A DNA stretch of 64,000 bases from Macrostomum lignano (taxonomy: Eukaryota), in contig NIVC01000392.1 of assembly GCA_002269645.1 (NCBI GenBank), positions 496,001 through 560,000 on the forward strand, given 5' to 3'. Below, in pieces: positions 22,526 to 35,500 of this stretch. Position numbers and translations under genes: made by a program. How positions within the stretch are numbered: position 1 is the stretch's first letter; each line of letters opens with the position of its first letter. The notes beneath the pieces were generated by a model. That model did not search any database and had not been told where the DNA came from. It saw nothing but the letters and a program-made list of their open reading frames with translations.

Positions 22526-23400
22526 TCACAATATACTAAATCTCTAAGATCTGTCCGGTATTCCAGTCCACAGCCTGAATGCCTGAACCGATTTTTTTCA
22601 AACTTGCTTTATTCAATTGCAAATTCTTGTGAGATTGTGTGGGTGTAATTGCATTTAAAAATTCGAATGGGAAGTTGGTTATATATTCGAAAAACGAGTT
22701 TTCCCAATGCTTTCAATGAAAAGCTAGAATCACAATATACTAAATCTCTAAGATCTGTCCGGTATTCCAGTCCACAGCCTGAATGCCTGAACCGATTTTT
22801 TTCAAACTTGCTTTATTCAATTGCAAATTCTTGTGAGATTGTGTGGGTGTAATTGCATTTAAAAATTCGAATGGGAAGTTGGTTATATATTCGAAAAACG
22901 AGTTTTCCCAATGCTTTCAATGAAAAGCTAGAAAAGGTCAAAATCTCACTAACTGAATTTCAATTCCAATTAAGATTGCGCCACAACTTTTCTCTGTTCA
23001 CTGTGTACGCCTCAATACTGGCTGCAATAAGGGAGAGGAAAATAATGCTCAGTGCTGCGTGTGTACATTCTGACCCTGGCTGACTGGCGGACTGCATAGA
23101 GAATTGCTATTATAGATTTCACTCAACTGTGCATTGGCTCTGCCTGCATACAACCTGTGCACACTGAGCAGCCTATCACTGCGATGTATTTGACTGCAGT
23201 GTCGAAGCATATATGGCTGATTTTTGCGCCCTCCGATCAGTAGGCGGAATAGCCGCAGTGTAGGCACTAGGACTAGGTTTAGGTTTAGGCTAGGCATAAG
23301 GTCCAAGGTTCGAGTCCGCCTCGCCGGCCGATAATTAAAATTAAATAAATAGTTCATTTATAGCTTGCGCCTCAACTAATTAAATCATTTTTGATTAATT
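22526..23400 (+). mobile_element. Helitron-like family C 5' end with an internal 204-bp tandem duplication
   Basis: Begins TCACAATATACTAAATCTC (also seen on the minus strand at 30882 and 35758). 22528-22731 is repeated at 22732-22935. 23050-23110 is homologous to the family A interior. Confidence 0.65.
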
Positions 23401-24139
23401 AGTAAGCTACACTCAATGAATTATTGTTGCTATTCAGCACAAGTTGCTAAACAAACTTGATTTTGTCAATTTGAATTTGATTTGATTTCAGCCAGTGCAT
23501 TTTAAAATTTGATTCGTAAAAACTGCTTCGTGTATTATTGCTCCCAAATTTCAGACGATGCTGCTAAATAGCTAAACAGCTGAAGGTACTGCTAAATGCT
23601 GATCTGCGCAAAAGACTGCCGATATGTATCGAAAATTGATTAGTGAGCTGTACTAAATACTGAGAAAATTATTATATTACTGAAAGAATCATTGCTGAGA
23701 AGACTCATTCATGCAGACTGCGAAGGGAAAAATTGAAAAAAAACTGCTGAGGTATTCCTCCAGACTTATGAGTGTATAGCAGAGCAAGTTGTTGAAGGGA
23801 TACGAGTAACTGCGGACTGCTGAGTGAATTATTGTAGTTTGCCGATGTTAATGAAAGTTGTAGACAGCAAGGTGGATACTCGTACCTGAAGGCTGCTAAG
23901 AGTATGACTGCAGTCTGTTTGCGGGATTAGAAGTGATAGCTAATTTCAGGTTGTTGTGGGGATAACTGCCGATTTCTGGGGGGGGGGGTTAACTAATCTA
24001 ATCTAATGCTAATCTGACGCATATAATAAAATAATAAATATGTGTAAGAGGATTAAATTTAACCTGCAAGTTGCAGAAACATTTTAAATGGTTTCGATTA
24101 TCCAGAAGCAATATAGCCATAAGCAAAGATTAGTGCAAT

Positions 24140-24825
24140 GTGCAAAACAGTGCTGGTGAACGATTACTAAACTGCTGGTGAAGCATTTCTAAACTGCATT
24201 GCTAAACTGCTGGTGAAGCTTTGCTAAACTGCTGGTGAACCATTGCTAAACTGCATTGTGAAACTGCTGGTGAAGCTTTGCTAAACTGCTGGTGAACCAT
24301 TGCTAAACTGCATTGTGAAACTGCTGGTGAAGTATTGCTAAACTGCATTGCTAAACTGCTGGTGAAGCATTGCTAAACTGCATTGCTAAACTGCTGGTGA
24401 AGCATTGCTAAACTGCATTGCTAAACTGCTGGTGAAGCATTGCTAAACTGCATTGCTAAACTGCTGGTGAAGCATTGCTAAACTGCATTGCTAAACTGCT
24501 GGTGAAGCATTGCTAAACTGCTGGTGAAGCATTGCTAAGCTGCATTTTGAAACTGCTGGTGAAGCATTGCTAAACTGCTGGTGAAGCATTGCTAAACTGC
24601 ATTGTGAAACTGCTGGTGAAGTATTGCTAAACTGCATTGCTAAACTGCTGGTGAAGCATTGCTAAACTGCTGGTGAAGCATTGCTAAGCTGCATTTTGAA
24701 ACTGCTGGTGAAGCATTGCTAAACTGCTGGTGAAGCATTGCTAAGCTGCATTTTGAAACTGCTGGTGAAGCATTGCTAAACTGCATTGCTAAACTGCTGG
24801 TGAAGCATTGCTAAACTGCAGAAAG
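24140..24825. repeat. Composite minisatellite of 22-bp (GCTAAACTGCTGGTGAAGCATT) and 13-bp (GCTAAACTGCATT) units
   Basis: The two units alternate directly over about 690 bp. Confidence 0.92.
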
Positions 24826-26315
24826 CTATAGTGAAATATTGTATTTTTTAATAAAAACTTCTTTTAACGAGAAGAAAACGCAAAGTCAAAAAAACGAACA
24901 AGAATCATCATGTCAATCATAAAAGAAGCGCCCTGTCGAAAGTAAGAGTCTCATTGGGAATTGCTGACTGTTAAGACTGCTAAGACTATTGCTACGAGCA
25001 TAATGCTGGTATGGAAAATTGCTGTGATCTATCAATACTCATGTGAGGATCTCAAGGCACAAGGGGAATTGCTATAATTGTCATTCTGGGGAGAACTGCT
25101 TTGATTTCAAGGTTCATTTGTGAAATTGCAGAAATAAATTGTTGAAATGCAAGTGCCAAGATATCAAAAGGTTAGTTGCTCAATTTTCAGGCTCATGGGG
25201 AAATTGCTAACATTTCCAAAGCTCATTGGGGAATTGCTGAAATTAGGCTGCAGGTTAAGGATTAGGCTTAGGGTTCAATTATAGAGCGATAGTCGTGTCA
25301 ATCTTTAATGATCCATCGAGGAATTGCTAAGATTGAATGCTCTTGGGGCGAATTACTTAAATGCTTTGGCTCTACGGGGAATTGCTGACAGGTCAAGACT
25401 TTCGGTGAAATTTAGATTTAAAAGCTTATGAGGAAGTTACTTTAATGCTGAGGCTCAAAACTCATGGTCGAAATTGCTAACATGGCAAGATTCACTTATG
25501 GGTTACGGTTAGAGGCTTAGGGTCAGTTTTGGTTCAATCATAGATTAACCGCTGTCAACCATCAATTAAAGACTTGCTAAGATATCTAAGCTCATGGGGG
25601 AATAGCTGAGTTATTAAGGCTTATAAGGGGATTGCTGAATTCTAAGGAGAGGGGAGTTGGGTTGTTGGGATGTCAAGGCTAATTACTGCGCTGGGAGAAT
25701 TGCATAGATGTCGAGGCTCGAGTTTAATTGCTGCGATGTCGAGGCTTACTGAGGGAATTGCTGAGATGTCAAGGCTTACTGGGGGAATTGCTGAGATATC
25801 AAGGCTCATGGACGATGGCTGAATTGTTGGGGGTGTTAGATTGTTGGGCGATTGTCAGATAGTCAGGTAGTACGGCTCAAGTAGCTCATGTAATTCAGAT
25901 AATGAAATAGTGCACAAAAGTGATGCTGATTTCTGCTAATAGGAAATACCAGCGCATTCATTAAAGGTTTGATTCTTTGATTTAGGCTAATATAGAGAGA
26001 GGGTCTAAGAGCGTCAGGGATTTGCATATTGAGCTCCTGCTGTGGATCAGAATATGCCCCGGCCAGTGACGATATGCATCAAGAGTTTGTGCTTGAAAGG
26101 ATAAGCACTATTTGCTGATTTAGAAAGGGTTTCGAGCTGATGAAGGAAACTTTTTTGGCTAATGAAAGTTCGGATTAATGGCAATTTATTTCTGCCAAAA
26201 TAAGAAAAAGTAATTTTTGATTAATAGAAATCAATATTTTGGACGATAATAGTAAGGTAAGGTAAGTTACCAATTACTCATGAATCCAACTATATAAATT
26301 TGCACTCTAAAACAG

Positions 26316-26646
26316 GGTCACGCGAATATGCGATCTCGAGGCGGCAGGGCACAGCATGGGCGATATAATGAGCATTACTGGACAGCTGAGCGAGCGAACG
26401 ACTAGGAGGTACCTAGCCAAGCGTCGCGACCGGTCGCTTCAAAAGACGAGTGAGTCTGTTCAGGTGGCGTTGAATCGTCATGATCTAGAGCAAGAAGCTG
26501 GGCCACCCGAACATGCTGATGCTGTTGAGATCGTCGGTGAGACTGCAGTATCGACGGAGGTTAGTGTTAGCACTGAAGCTGCCTATTCTGTTGGTACGAA
26601 GTTTGCCTTCAACAATTGCACCTTTCATGGATGTTCCTTTAATTAG
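26316..26646 (+). pseudogene. Crypton-like / DUF3504-type tyrosine recombinase C-terminal exon
   Basis: After an ACAG acceptor it reads (R)VTRICDLEAAGHSMGDIMSITGQLSERTTRRY...FNNCTF, matching the R.T....L..AG....IM..TGH.S....Y pattern with H replaced by Q. No upstream exons were recognised. Confidence 0.6.
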
Positions 26647-27009
26647 GCATGCAATCTTTACTTCTACAGGAATCAGCAAATTGTACTCGTAGAATTACTG
26701 AAAGAATAAGAACGACAGTCTAGTTTAATATTTTTTATTTAATGACTTTAACGACCAGTATGATGTTCATCACCGACAAAAGTTTACATGATATACTGAC
26801 ACTGTGCTTTTTGTACTGTCGATTTTGCAATTCCTGTGCCAGTTTAATTATTTACATCTTAAAATAAACGTTTTGAATTGACTGATGCAAAATATGCTTT
26901 GCAAGATGCTGGATAAAAACTGGCTTGAATTAATTGGTTGCATTGGAATTGGAATTCTAGGCAATGGCCGGCCATTGCCATGGGTCATTGCCATGAGGAG
27001 AAATTTTGG

Positions 27010-27970
27010 GCAATGTCAAACATAGAAGAGCCAACATATCGAACAAAAAAGAGTTACCATGTCAAACATAAAAGAACCACCATGCCAAACATTTAAGAGC
27101 CACCATGTCAAACATTAAAAGCTACTTTGTCGAATATTAGAGAGCCACCATGTCAAACATTAAAGAGCCACTTTGTCGAACATTAAAAAGCCACCGTATC
27201 AAACATAAAAGAGTTACCATGTAGAACAAAAAAGAGCCACCATGTCAAACATTTAAGAGCCACCATGTCAAACATTTAAGAGCCACCATGTCAAACATTT
27301 AAGAGCCACCATGTCAAACATTTAAGAGCCACCATGTCAAACATTTAAGAGCCACCATGTCAAACATTTAAGAGCCACCATGTCAAACATTTAAGAGCCA
27401 CCATGTCAAACATAAAAGAGCCACCATTTCGAACATTAAAGAGCCACCATTTCGAACATTAAAGAGCCACTATGTCTAACATAAAAGAGCCACCATGTCA
27501 AACATATAAGTGACTTTATGTCAAACATACATGTATAAGTGACTTTATGTCAAACATTAAAGAGCCACCATGTCAAACATTAAAGAGCCACCATGTCAAA
27601 CAATTAAGAGCTACCATGTCAAACATAAAAGAGCCACCATTTCGAACATTAAAGAGCCATCATGTCAGACATTTAAGAGCCTCTTTGTCTAACATTAAAG
27701 AGCCACCATGTCAAACATAGAAGAGCCATATGTCAAACATAAAAGAGCCACCATGTAAACATAAAAGAGCCACCATGTCAAACATTAAAAAGCCACTTTG
27801 TCAAACATAGGAGAGTCACCATGTCAAACATAGAAGAGCCTCCATGTCAGACATTGAAAAGCCACCGTATCAAAAATAAAAGAGTTACCATGTAGAACAT
27901 AAAAGAGCCACCATGTCAACATAAAAGAGCCACCATGTCAACATAAAAGAGCCACCATGTCAAACATATA
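27010..27970. repeat. 23-bp satellite (ATGTCAAACATTAAAGAGCCACC)
   Basis: About 40 copies. The same array occurs inverted at 52270-53360, with remnants at 24905-24960 and 54985-55050. Confidence 0.95.
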
Positions 27971-28450
27971 CTCAGCAACAGCTAAACCTCCCCCCCCCCA
28001 ACTCACGCTGTCACACGGGCACAAAAGTTAAGCAATGTCTTTTAATTCTAGTCTCAGTATCGTGTGTAGGAACCACGAGCATGCAAAAGTGCCGTGACTC
28101 GTCGTGGCATCCTGATCACCAGCCGGTTGATGAACTCTTGGGGCAGCTGCTGCCAGGCATTCAGCACCGCCAGTCGCAACTGTTCAGCATTCTGTGGGGC
28201 ATCCTGCTGAACTCTTCGCTTTACAAAGTCCCAGACATGCTGGATGGGGTTCATGTCTGGAAACTTTGACGGCCAGTTCAATGTGGGTTGAGTTGCGCCA
28301 CCCCTCCCCAAATCCCCCATGCCGCACTTTGCGCTCGCGTCTGGCGGCGGCAGCCTTCACACATTTCTAAGTCACCGATGGCATACAAAACTTTTAACTT
28401 TTGGGCCGTGTGACAGCGTGTGTTGGGGGGGGGGTTTAGCTGTTGCTGAG
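27971..28450 (-). mobile_element. Tc1/mariner internal-deletion derivative (480 bp)
   Basis: TIRs of about 60 bp (CTCAGCAACAGCTAAAC...), TA at 27969-70 and 28451-52. It retains the transposase C-terminus WPSKFPDMNPIQHVWDFVK...MPRRVTALLHARGSYTRY (28054-28290). Confidence 0.92.
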
Positions 28451-28539
28451 TATAAAAGATATACAATTTCAAACGTAAAAGTAAGCGAATTTTAAAGGAG
28501 CCACTATAATGCTAAGGAAATTGTCGCACTAGCTACTTA

Positions 28540-28790
28540 TTGTCTGGTGGATTTTTTTTTGCTATCTGGTGGATGCTTGCTATCTGGGGGATGCTTGCTA
28601 TCTGGGAGATGCTTGCTATCTGGGAGATGCTTGCTATCTGGGGGATGCTTGCTATCTGGGGGATGCTTGCTATCTGGGAGATGCTTGCTATCTGGGGGAT
28701 GCTTGCTATCTGGGAGATGCTTGCTATCTGGGAGATGCTTGCTATCTGGGGGATGCTTGCTATCCGGGGGATGTTTTCCATCTGGGGGTA
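28540..28790. repeat. 18-bp minisatellite (GATGCTTGCTATCTGGGR)
   Basis: About 12 near-perfect copies, preceded by the same spacer as the 52200-52270 copy. Confidence 0.92.
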
Positions 28791-29278
28791 GGGATGCTAA
28801 TACCGGGATCCCGGTTTCGAAATATACCGGTTTTGGTCCATTTTTTCGGTAAAAACCAATACTGGTATTAGGGTCCGGTATTGGTCTAAAATTATGTCTG
28901 TATTTTTACAAATACAGGAAGGCAGCACGCCTGTTTTGCTAGGGAAAAGGGATGGGCAGTTTGCCTAGGGGGGAGGGAGGAGCTGTACGCTCTTTGTAGA
29001 GGAAAAAGAAGAGAGGGAAGAGACTGCACGTCTCTAAATGACCAAGGCTGGCTCAGCTGGCTGACTCAGTTGCTATTTTTTCTGTGATTGGCGCTAAGGC
29101 CTAATAGCAATTGCCTAATAGAACAAGGCAGTCAAGCACAAGCTGTTTTTCCTCATTATATATTTGCCAGTGGCGTAGCCATGGGAAGGGGGCAGGCTGG
29201 GGGGGGGCCCAATCGCCTGGGGGGTGGGGTTGGGTGCGACGGGTACCAAAAACCATGAGGCAATTGAGTGCAGCTGCG

Positions 29279-29392
29279 GTGTCAAAATGAGTGTTTGCGG
29301 CGCCAAAATGAGTGTTTGCGGCGCCAAAATGAGTGTCTGCGGCGCCAAAATGAGTGTCTGCGGCGCCAAAATGAGTGCCTGCGGCGCCAAAA
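29279..29392. repeat. 21-bp tandem repeat (GCGGCGCCAAAATGAGTGTYT), about 5 copies
   Basis: Direct tandem copies. Confidence 0.9.
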
Positions 29393-30414
29393 GTGGCAAT
29401 GGCATGAGGCATGGCCAGCCAGGCCAACCCGCCCCCCCCCCAATTGAAACTCCTGGCTACCTGGCTTCGACGATTCTGCCAGAAGGTCGGATTTTTCCCA
29501 TAAGCGCCAGTGTATTCAGTACACTGAATCGAATCGTCGAATATCTCGACGGTCCGGAGGGCTGGCGACTTGATTCTTGTTTGAGAAGGTGCGCAACAAA
29601 AAGTTAGCCCGTGTTCTTGAATTTCATGTGCCTGCGTTGCTCCGTTCCGGCGCAGCAAAAAAATTGTCAGGGGGGGGGGGATTTTTCCTCCCCTCTTGGT
29701 AGTTCTACTGTTAATAGCCTTCTCCGTACCCCGCGCGTGGAGAGGCTACGTTTAGCCATGGCAGTTTAGCGAGAGATTCAAACCAACCACTGTTGGTCCT
29801 CTCTGTATAGACAAGTCTGCAGCAGTTTAACAGTGGATGGCAAATCAAGGCGATGTGGGATGGTTTGTAAAAATAGCGAAAAATAATGGACAAATATGAG
29901 AGATTTAGTAATTCAGATTAATGAATAACGCATGTACAATACAATGCAATCCTACTAAATCAGTTATATCATGAAAGTTTTAACAATAAGTTAAGATTCG
30001 CACAAGGTACTTTAAAATTTAAATGGCTCCTTAGAAATACGTAATTCCTTGGTTGTTAGACTGCTGCAGACTGTGGTGGTGGAGCTGGGCTGGAGATACA
30101 CAAATTCCTCTCAGTCTCAGGGCTGCTAATTGGCCAGAAATATGACGTGATTAAAGCATGAGAAATGATAACAACCATTATAGTACTACGTCCCACAAAC
30201 GCTTTCGAAGCGGGGATTGGTAGACTTTAATCTCAAAGGCCAGCGCCAGATAAAGAATCCAGCTCATGGCTGCGGGCCAGATGAGAGTGGAAAGGAGAAG
30301 GAATATATAAATCCTTCAGGCTTTCTAGGGCAGAGAAGAAATTCTGCCCTATTCTGCCCTAGCAACCTGCTGGATTTGTATTCCTTCTTGATTTTGCGGG
30401 CGGGCCGAGAAGTA

Positions 30415-30535
30415 TACATTCTCCTCCTTTTCCCAGTGTGGCTATGGAAAAGTAAGTCCCGCCTCGCCTCGGCCTGAGAAATGCATCCTCGGACTTACTT
30501 TTCCATAGCCACACTGGGAAAAGGAGGAGAATGTA
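30415..30535. mobile_element. 121-bp foldback MITE flanked by TA
   Basis: Perfect 48-bp inverted repeat (30412-30459 / 30491-30538, including the TA flanks) around a 31-bp spacer. Confidence 0.75.
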
Positions 30536-30882
30536 TACATACACACATAGTAACTGAGCATCTCCCTTTCATATACTGAAGCTGTCGAATATTTAATTAT
30601 TTATAGCTCGGAGCAGCAGCTCAAGAAGTTGAAGTTTAGTCTATGGCCATAGACATATTGAGCTCTCACTGCGAGAAAAATACACTGAAAGCATAGGCGA
30701 AAACAGGTTTTCTCAACTTTAAAGGGCCATCTTCGTAAATATCAACAAACAAATTAGCCATGCACAATCTCACAAGAATTTCCAATTGAATGAGGCAAGT
30801 TTGAAAAAAATCGGTTCAGGCATACAGGCTGTGGAATGGAATACCGGTCGGATCTAAGAGATTTAGTATATTGTGATGATGA

Positions 30883-32534
30883 CTAGCCATTTAGCCCCCC
30901 CTCCGGGTGGCTTCTTAGAAGTTTAGAGCTTGTCTATAAGCAGTTTTGCACAGTCGCTGAGCAAATCTGACTAATCTCCGAGCAGTTCTGCAGTAGCAAA
31001 TCTCTAAGCAGTTGTACACCAATTTTACTGAGGCTAAAAAGTTCTAAAAAGTTACATTTCTTAATGTTTGAAACTTTGCAATGTCAATTCATTTGTAGTT
31101 ATTTTATGATTATTCGTTATTTTCAATTCCACACCAGATTAGCACTATTCTCCCACATTAGCCCTACACCCCCAGATTAGCCCCACTTCTTCCAGATTAG
31201 CACTACTCCCCCCATATTAGCCGCACACCCCCATATTAGCCGCACACCCCCATATTAGCCGCACACTCCCAGATTAGCCGCAAACTCCCAGATTAGCCCC
31301 ACTTCCCCCAGATTAGCACTGCGCCCAGATTAGCACTCAGCCCAGATTAGCACACAGCCCAGATTAGCGCTCAGTCCAGATTAGCACTCAGCACAGATTA
31401 GCCCTCAGCCCAGATTAGCACTCAGCCCAGATTAGCACCGCTCCACAGATTACCGCCGCTTCCCAGATTATTTCCACCTCCCCAGATTAGCACTACTTCC
31501 CCAGATTAGCACCAATCCGCAAAAAATTCGCACCGCTACTTCCTCCAGATTAGCCCCAATCCCCCAGATTAGCCCCCCCACTCCCTTATATTAGCCCCAC
31601 TCCCTTAGATTAGCACCGCTCCCCTGATTAGCACCACTCCCAAACTGCTAAAAGGCGACTACTATTATCGCCTCAGAAGTTTAAAGTTAAACCCTCCCCA
31701 GAAATCGGCAGTTATCCCCACAACAACCTTAAGTTATCCCTTCTAATTCCGCAAAACAGACTGCAGTCATACAACTCATTTGCACTCTACAACTTTTATT
31801 ATTATTATTCATTTATCCCTCAGGGACCCTGAATTGTCCCCTCAGCAAGCTACAGTTATTCACAGTTAGATATCCTCCTCAGAAGTCTGCCACTATTATC
31901 CTAGCAGTCTGCAGCTATCCCCTAGTCAAACAAACAAAAGAAAAAGCAGACAAACTTCACATGCTTACAGTTTCTGTCCTGATTGAGATACAGAGCTGAG
32001 ACTTTACATGTAGGCAGAGAATGAGTCAATAAAGAATTGTGTCGAATTTGAAGTCAATCGCTTCTCGTGGGGCAAAACTAGGGCAGCCGAAAGTTAGGCA
32101 TTTTAAAACCTATTCACACCCTTTGCCCAGATCGGGAAAGAGAGGCAGGCGGGCGGAGGTTGGGGTGGCTGCCTCGCTGGAAAAAACAGCCTAACTTTAA
32201 AAGTGCACCGCGGCTTTCAGGATTAACTTTGAGATTTGAAATTTTACACGATTGTGTCAAAATAGTTGAAATTTGCCTGTGTCAAAGAGAATCGGTAGAA
32301 GTGGAGCGGCGCTATGGAGGATTAAGTGAAAAAATCGCGCATTTTGAGCAGTTTTTTGTACTTTTAGGTAGGAAGACTTGAGTCTAGGAAATTTTAAGGT
32401 AGCCTAAGACATACTCCGTAGTAAGTTTAGGGTGGGTGTAAAGTTTGGTTTAATTTAGTTGAGCGGTTTGGGAGTCCATAGCGAAGTAATTTGTCCACAG
32501 ACAGACAGACAGAGTTTTGATTTTTATAGGTAGA
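30883..32534 (-). mobile_element. Non-autonomous Helitron-like family B with an internal 17-20-bp CCCAGATTAGC minisatellite (31120-31640)
   Basis: Minus-strand 5' end TCTACCTATAAAAATCAAAACTCTGTCTGTCTGT. The 3' end is an imperfect hairpin GCCACCCGGAGGGGGC, then TAAATGG and CTAG|T. Confidence 0.75.
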
Positions 32535-35500
32535 CGAGTGGAACTCCTCCTCTGGAGGAGAAAGGGGAAGAACTCTCATTACCGGAATTCTGAAGGGGAA
32601 GAACTCCCATCAGCTGAAATTCCATGACTTGAATCCCATCTTTCAAATCATCTCCAAATCCTCTACAATGCATTTCAATTACCGGATATCTTGTTTTCCC
32701 TTTTTGCAAAAACTCACTGGAATTGTCCAGACTCGGACTCTCATGTCTCTGCTCTCATATCTCATATCTCTCATATCACCCTCTCCTTTCTTATCTCCCA
32801 TCTTTTTGCCCTCCTTACTACCGTCTCATGTCTCCTCTCTTTTCTCTCCTCTCCATTCTCTCTTCTTTTTGGTCTTTCGTCTCTACTCTCTCCTGTATCT
32901 TTTCTCCCCTCTTTCTCATATCTTCTCTCTCCTCTCTCCTACTCTCTCATCTCTCATCCCTCATTTCACTCTTCTTTCTTCTCTACTCTCTCCTCTCTTC
33001 TATTTCCTCTGTATACTCTTATCCCTCGTCTCCTATCTCTCCTCTCATCTCTACTCCCTTATTTATCTCTTTTACCTGATCTTTCGTCTCTACTCTCTCC
33101 TGTATCTTTTCTCCCCTCTTTTCTCATGTCTTCTCTCTTTCCTCTCTCCTCTACTCTCTCATCTCTCATCCCTCATCTCACTCTTCTTTCTCCTCTCTTC
33201 TATTTCCTCTGTACGCCCTTATCCCTCATCTCTTTTCTCCTCCCATCTCTCCTGTCTCTCTCTGCTACCTCATCTCCCCTCTCCTCTTCTCTTTTCGCTC
33301 CTTCTTCATTCTCGCCCTACTCTCCTATTCTCTCCCATATGCCATCTCTAATCTCTCCTCTCTCATATCTACTCTCTTTTCTATCATCTCTTTTCTCTCT
33401 TCTCTGATTGACTGAAGGTGCCAAATCCATCGAAATCCTCTCCGTCAAACATAAACCCATTAAAATTCTCCCCGTGAAACAGAAATCTATCAAAATCCTC
33501 TTTGGGAAACTGAAAGCCATCGAAATCGTCTCCGTGAAACAAAACTTCATCTAATTCTTTTCATGAAACTGAATTCCATCAAAATCCTCTCCTTTCAACG
33601 ACAATCTATCAGATTCAATAGCTATCATCTCCGTCAAGCTGCGATTATCAATTTTTAATCATAATACCCGATATCTCCATGAAATTGCAGTCCATTAAAA
33701 CTGCTAAATAGAGATCCAAAAGATGCTTTTCACACTTAAAATATTCAATTTAGAATTGTCAGTGGTTAGGGTTAGAGTTAGGTTTAGGGTTAACGTTCCC
33801 CGTCGTTTCATCGTTTTTTCATTTCATTGCTATCTGTAGCCTCTACTGGGCAATTCACTGTGTACACTGAGCCCTATCGCCGCCAACCCCACCACGGGGG
33901 GTTAATTGAATTGTATGCAGAACACGTGACAGAAAGTTTAAAGAATATTTTTTTCTTGAATGCTGTGCTTTTTGTTTTCATATTTAAAGCAAGAAACTTA
34001 TATCCCCGAACTCAGCGTTGCAAGCTCTTTCCAGCAATATAAGTCTCTCCTCAAAGTTTAAAACTCGAGAACAGTTAGCGTTTGAAATTTCCCAATTTCC
34101 TGACTGCTTGCCTGAGAGGCTCGCAAGTTTGTTCATTGAATTTCACTGCCAAGCAAGGCAGACACAGGGCTGCCTAATAAAACTAATTGAATCTCGACAC
34201 ATTCCTATCTATCTGTTTACACTGTACAACTGCTATGTACACTCAGCCCAAGCCCAACCCCCGTTCTGGGGGAATCATTAAATTTAACTCAACCCCCCAA
34301 CACGCGGGGGGGTTTATTTGCATTGAACCCAGAACACGCGCACCCACCACCCCTCAATATACAGCGATTCGCGGGCGGAGGTTGGGGTGGCTATTTTTAC
34401 AAACTGGCTGCAGCCCCAGTCAGAGTGGCAAAAGAAGGTTATTGGGGGTTAAAAAAGCAGTTTTCTGCTCATATAAGTTTCAACGCTGAGTTGCCACTAT
34501 TCAAGGAGGAGTTGTCGAAATGACAGACACACAGACAGACAAACAACACGTTTACAACTTTAACTAACTAACTTACTAACAACTTTAGTATATAATGTAC
34601 AGAGAGAAGAGACGAGTGGAACTCCTCCTTCGGAGGAGAAAAAGGGAAGAACTCCCATCACCAGAATTCCATTCCCTGAAATATCCATCAACTGAAATTC
34701 CATGTCTTGAAGCCTATCTTCCAAATCGTCTCCTAATTCTTTACAAAACCTTTCAAAGACCATAGCTCAAAGACTCTCACGTCTCTCATTTCTCCTCTCT
34801 CCTCTCTTAGCTATTATCGTGACTCTCTTCTCTCTCCTCTCTCTTATCTCATCTCTACCCCTACTTCCTTATTTATCTTTTCTCCCTCGTCTTTTGTCTG
34901 TACCTTCTATTGTCTCTTGTCTCCTCTCTTCTCTCATATCTCTCTTCTTCACTTCTATATCTCCTGTCTCCTCTCTACTCTCTTATCTCTCCCTCTTCTC
35001 TCCTCTCTCATATGTCATCTCTACTCACTTATCTATTGTCTCTCTTAACCCTCTCTCTCTTCTCTTTTCTCTCCTATCTGCTCTCATTTCTCATATCTCA
35101 TATACGCTCTCACACTCTACTTTCTTGTCTCCCATCCTTCTTTCCTCCTTTACACTATCCCCTGTCTCTTCTCTTCTCTCTTTTCTATCCTCTCCATTCT
35201 CTCTTTTCTCCTCTCCTTGCTCCTTTCATCTTCTCCCATTTCTTCTCTAATATCTAATCTCTTCTCTCTTATGTTCTCTCTCCCTAATCATTCTCGCCTT
35301 ACTCTCCTATTCTCTCCCATATGTCATCTATAATCTCTCCCCTCTCATATCTATATGTCATCTCTAATCTTCTCATATCTATATGTCATCTCTAATCTCT
35401 CCCCTGTCATATGTACTCTCTTTTCTATCATCTCTTTTCTCTGACTGACTGAAGGTACCAAATCGATCGAAATCCTCCGTCAAACAGATATCCATCAAAA

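Noticed and set aside
28789-28900. hAT-like end TAGGGATGCTAATACCGGGATCCCGG
   Set aside because: No matching second TIR or TSD was found.
29168-29710. Possible CAGTGGCGTAGCC...GTAGTTCTACTG MITE
   Set aside because: The TIRs match poorly and there is no 8-bp TSD.
32600-33400. Long Ser/Leu-rich ORFs in the CT-rich tracts (also 34800, 58140, 60666, 62778)
   Set aside because: Low-complexity pyrimidine DNA lacks stop codons by composition.
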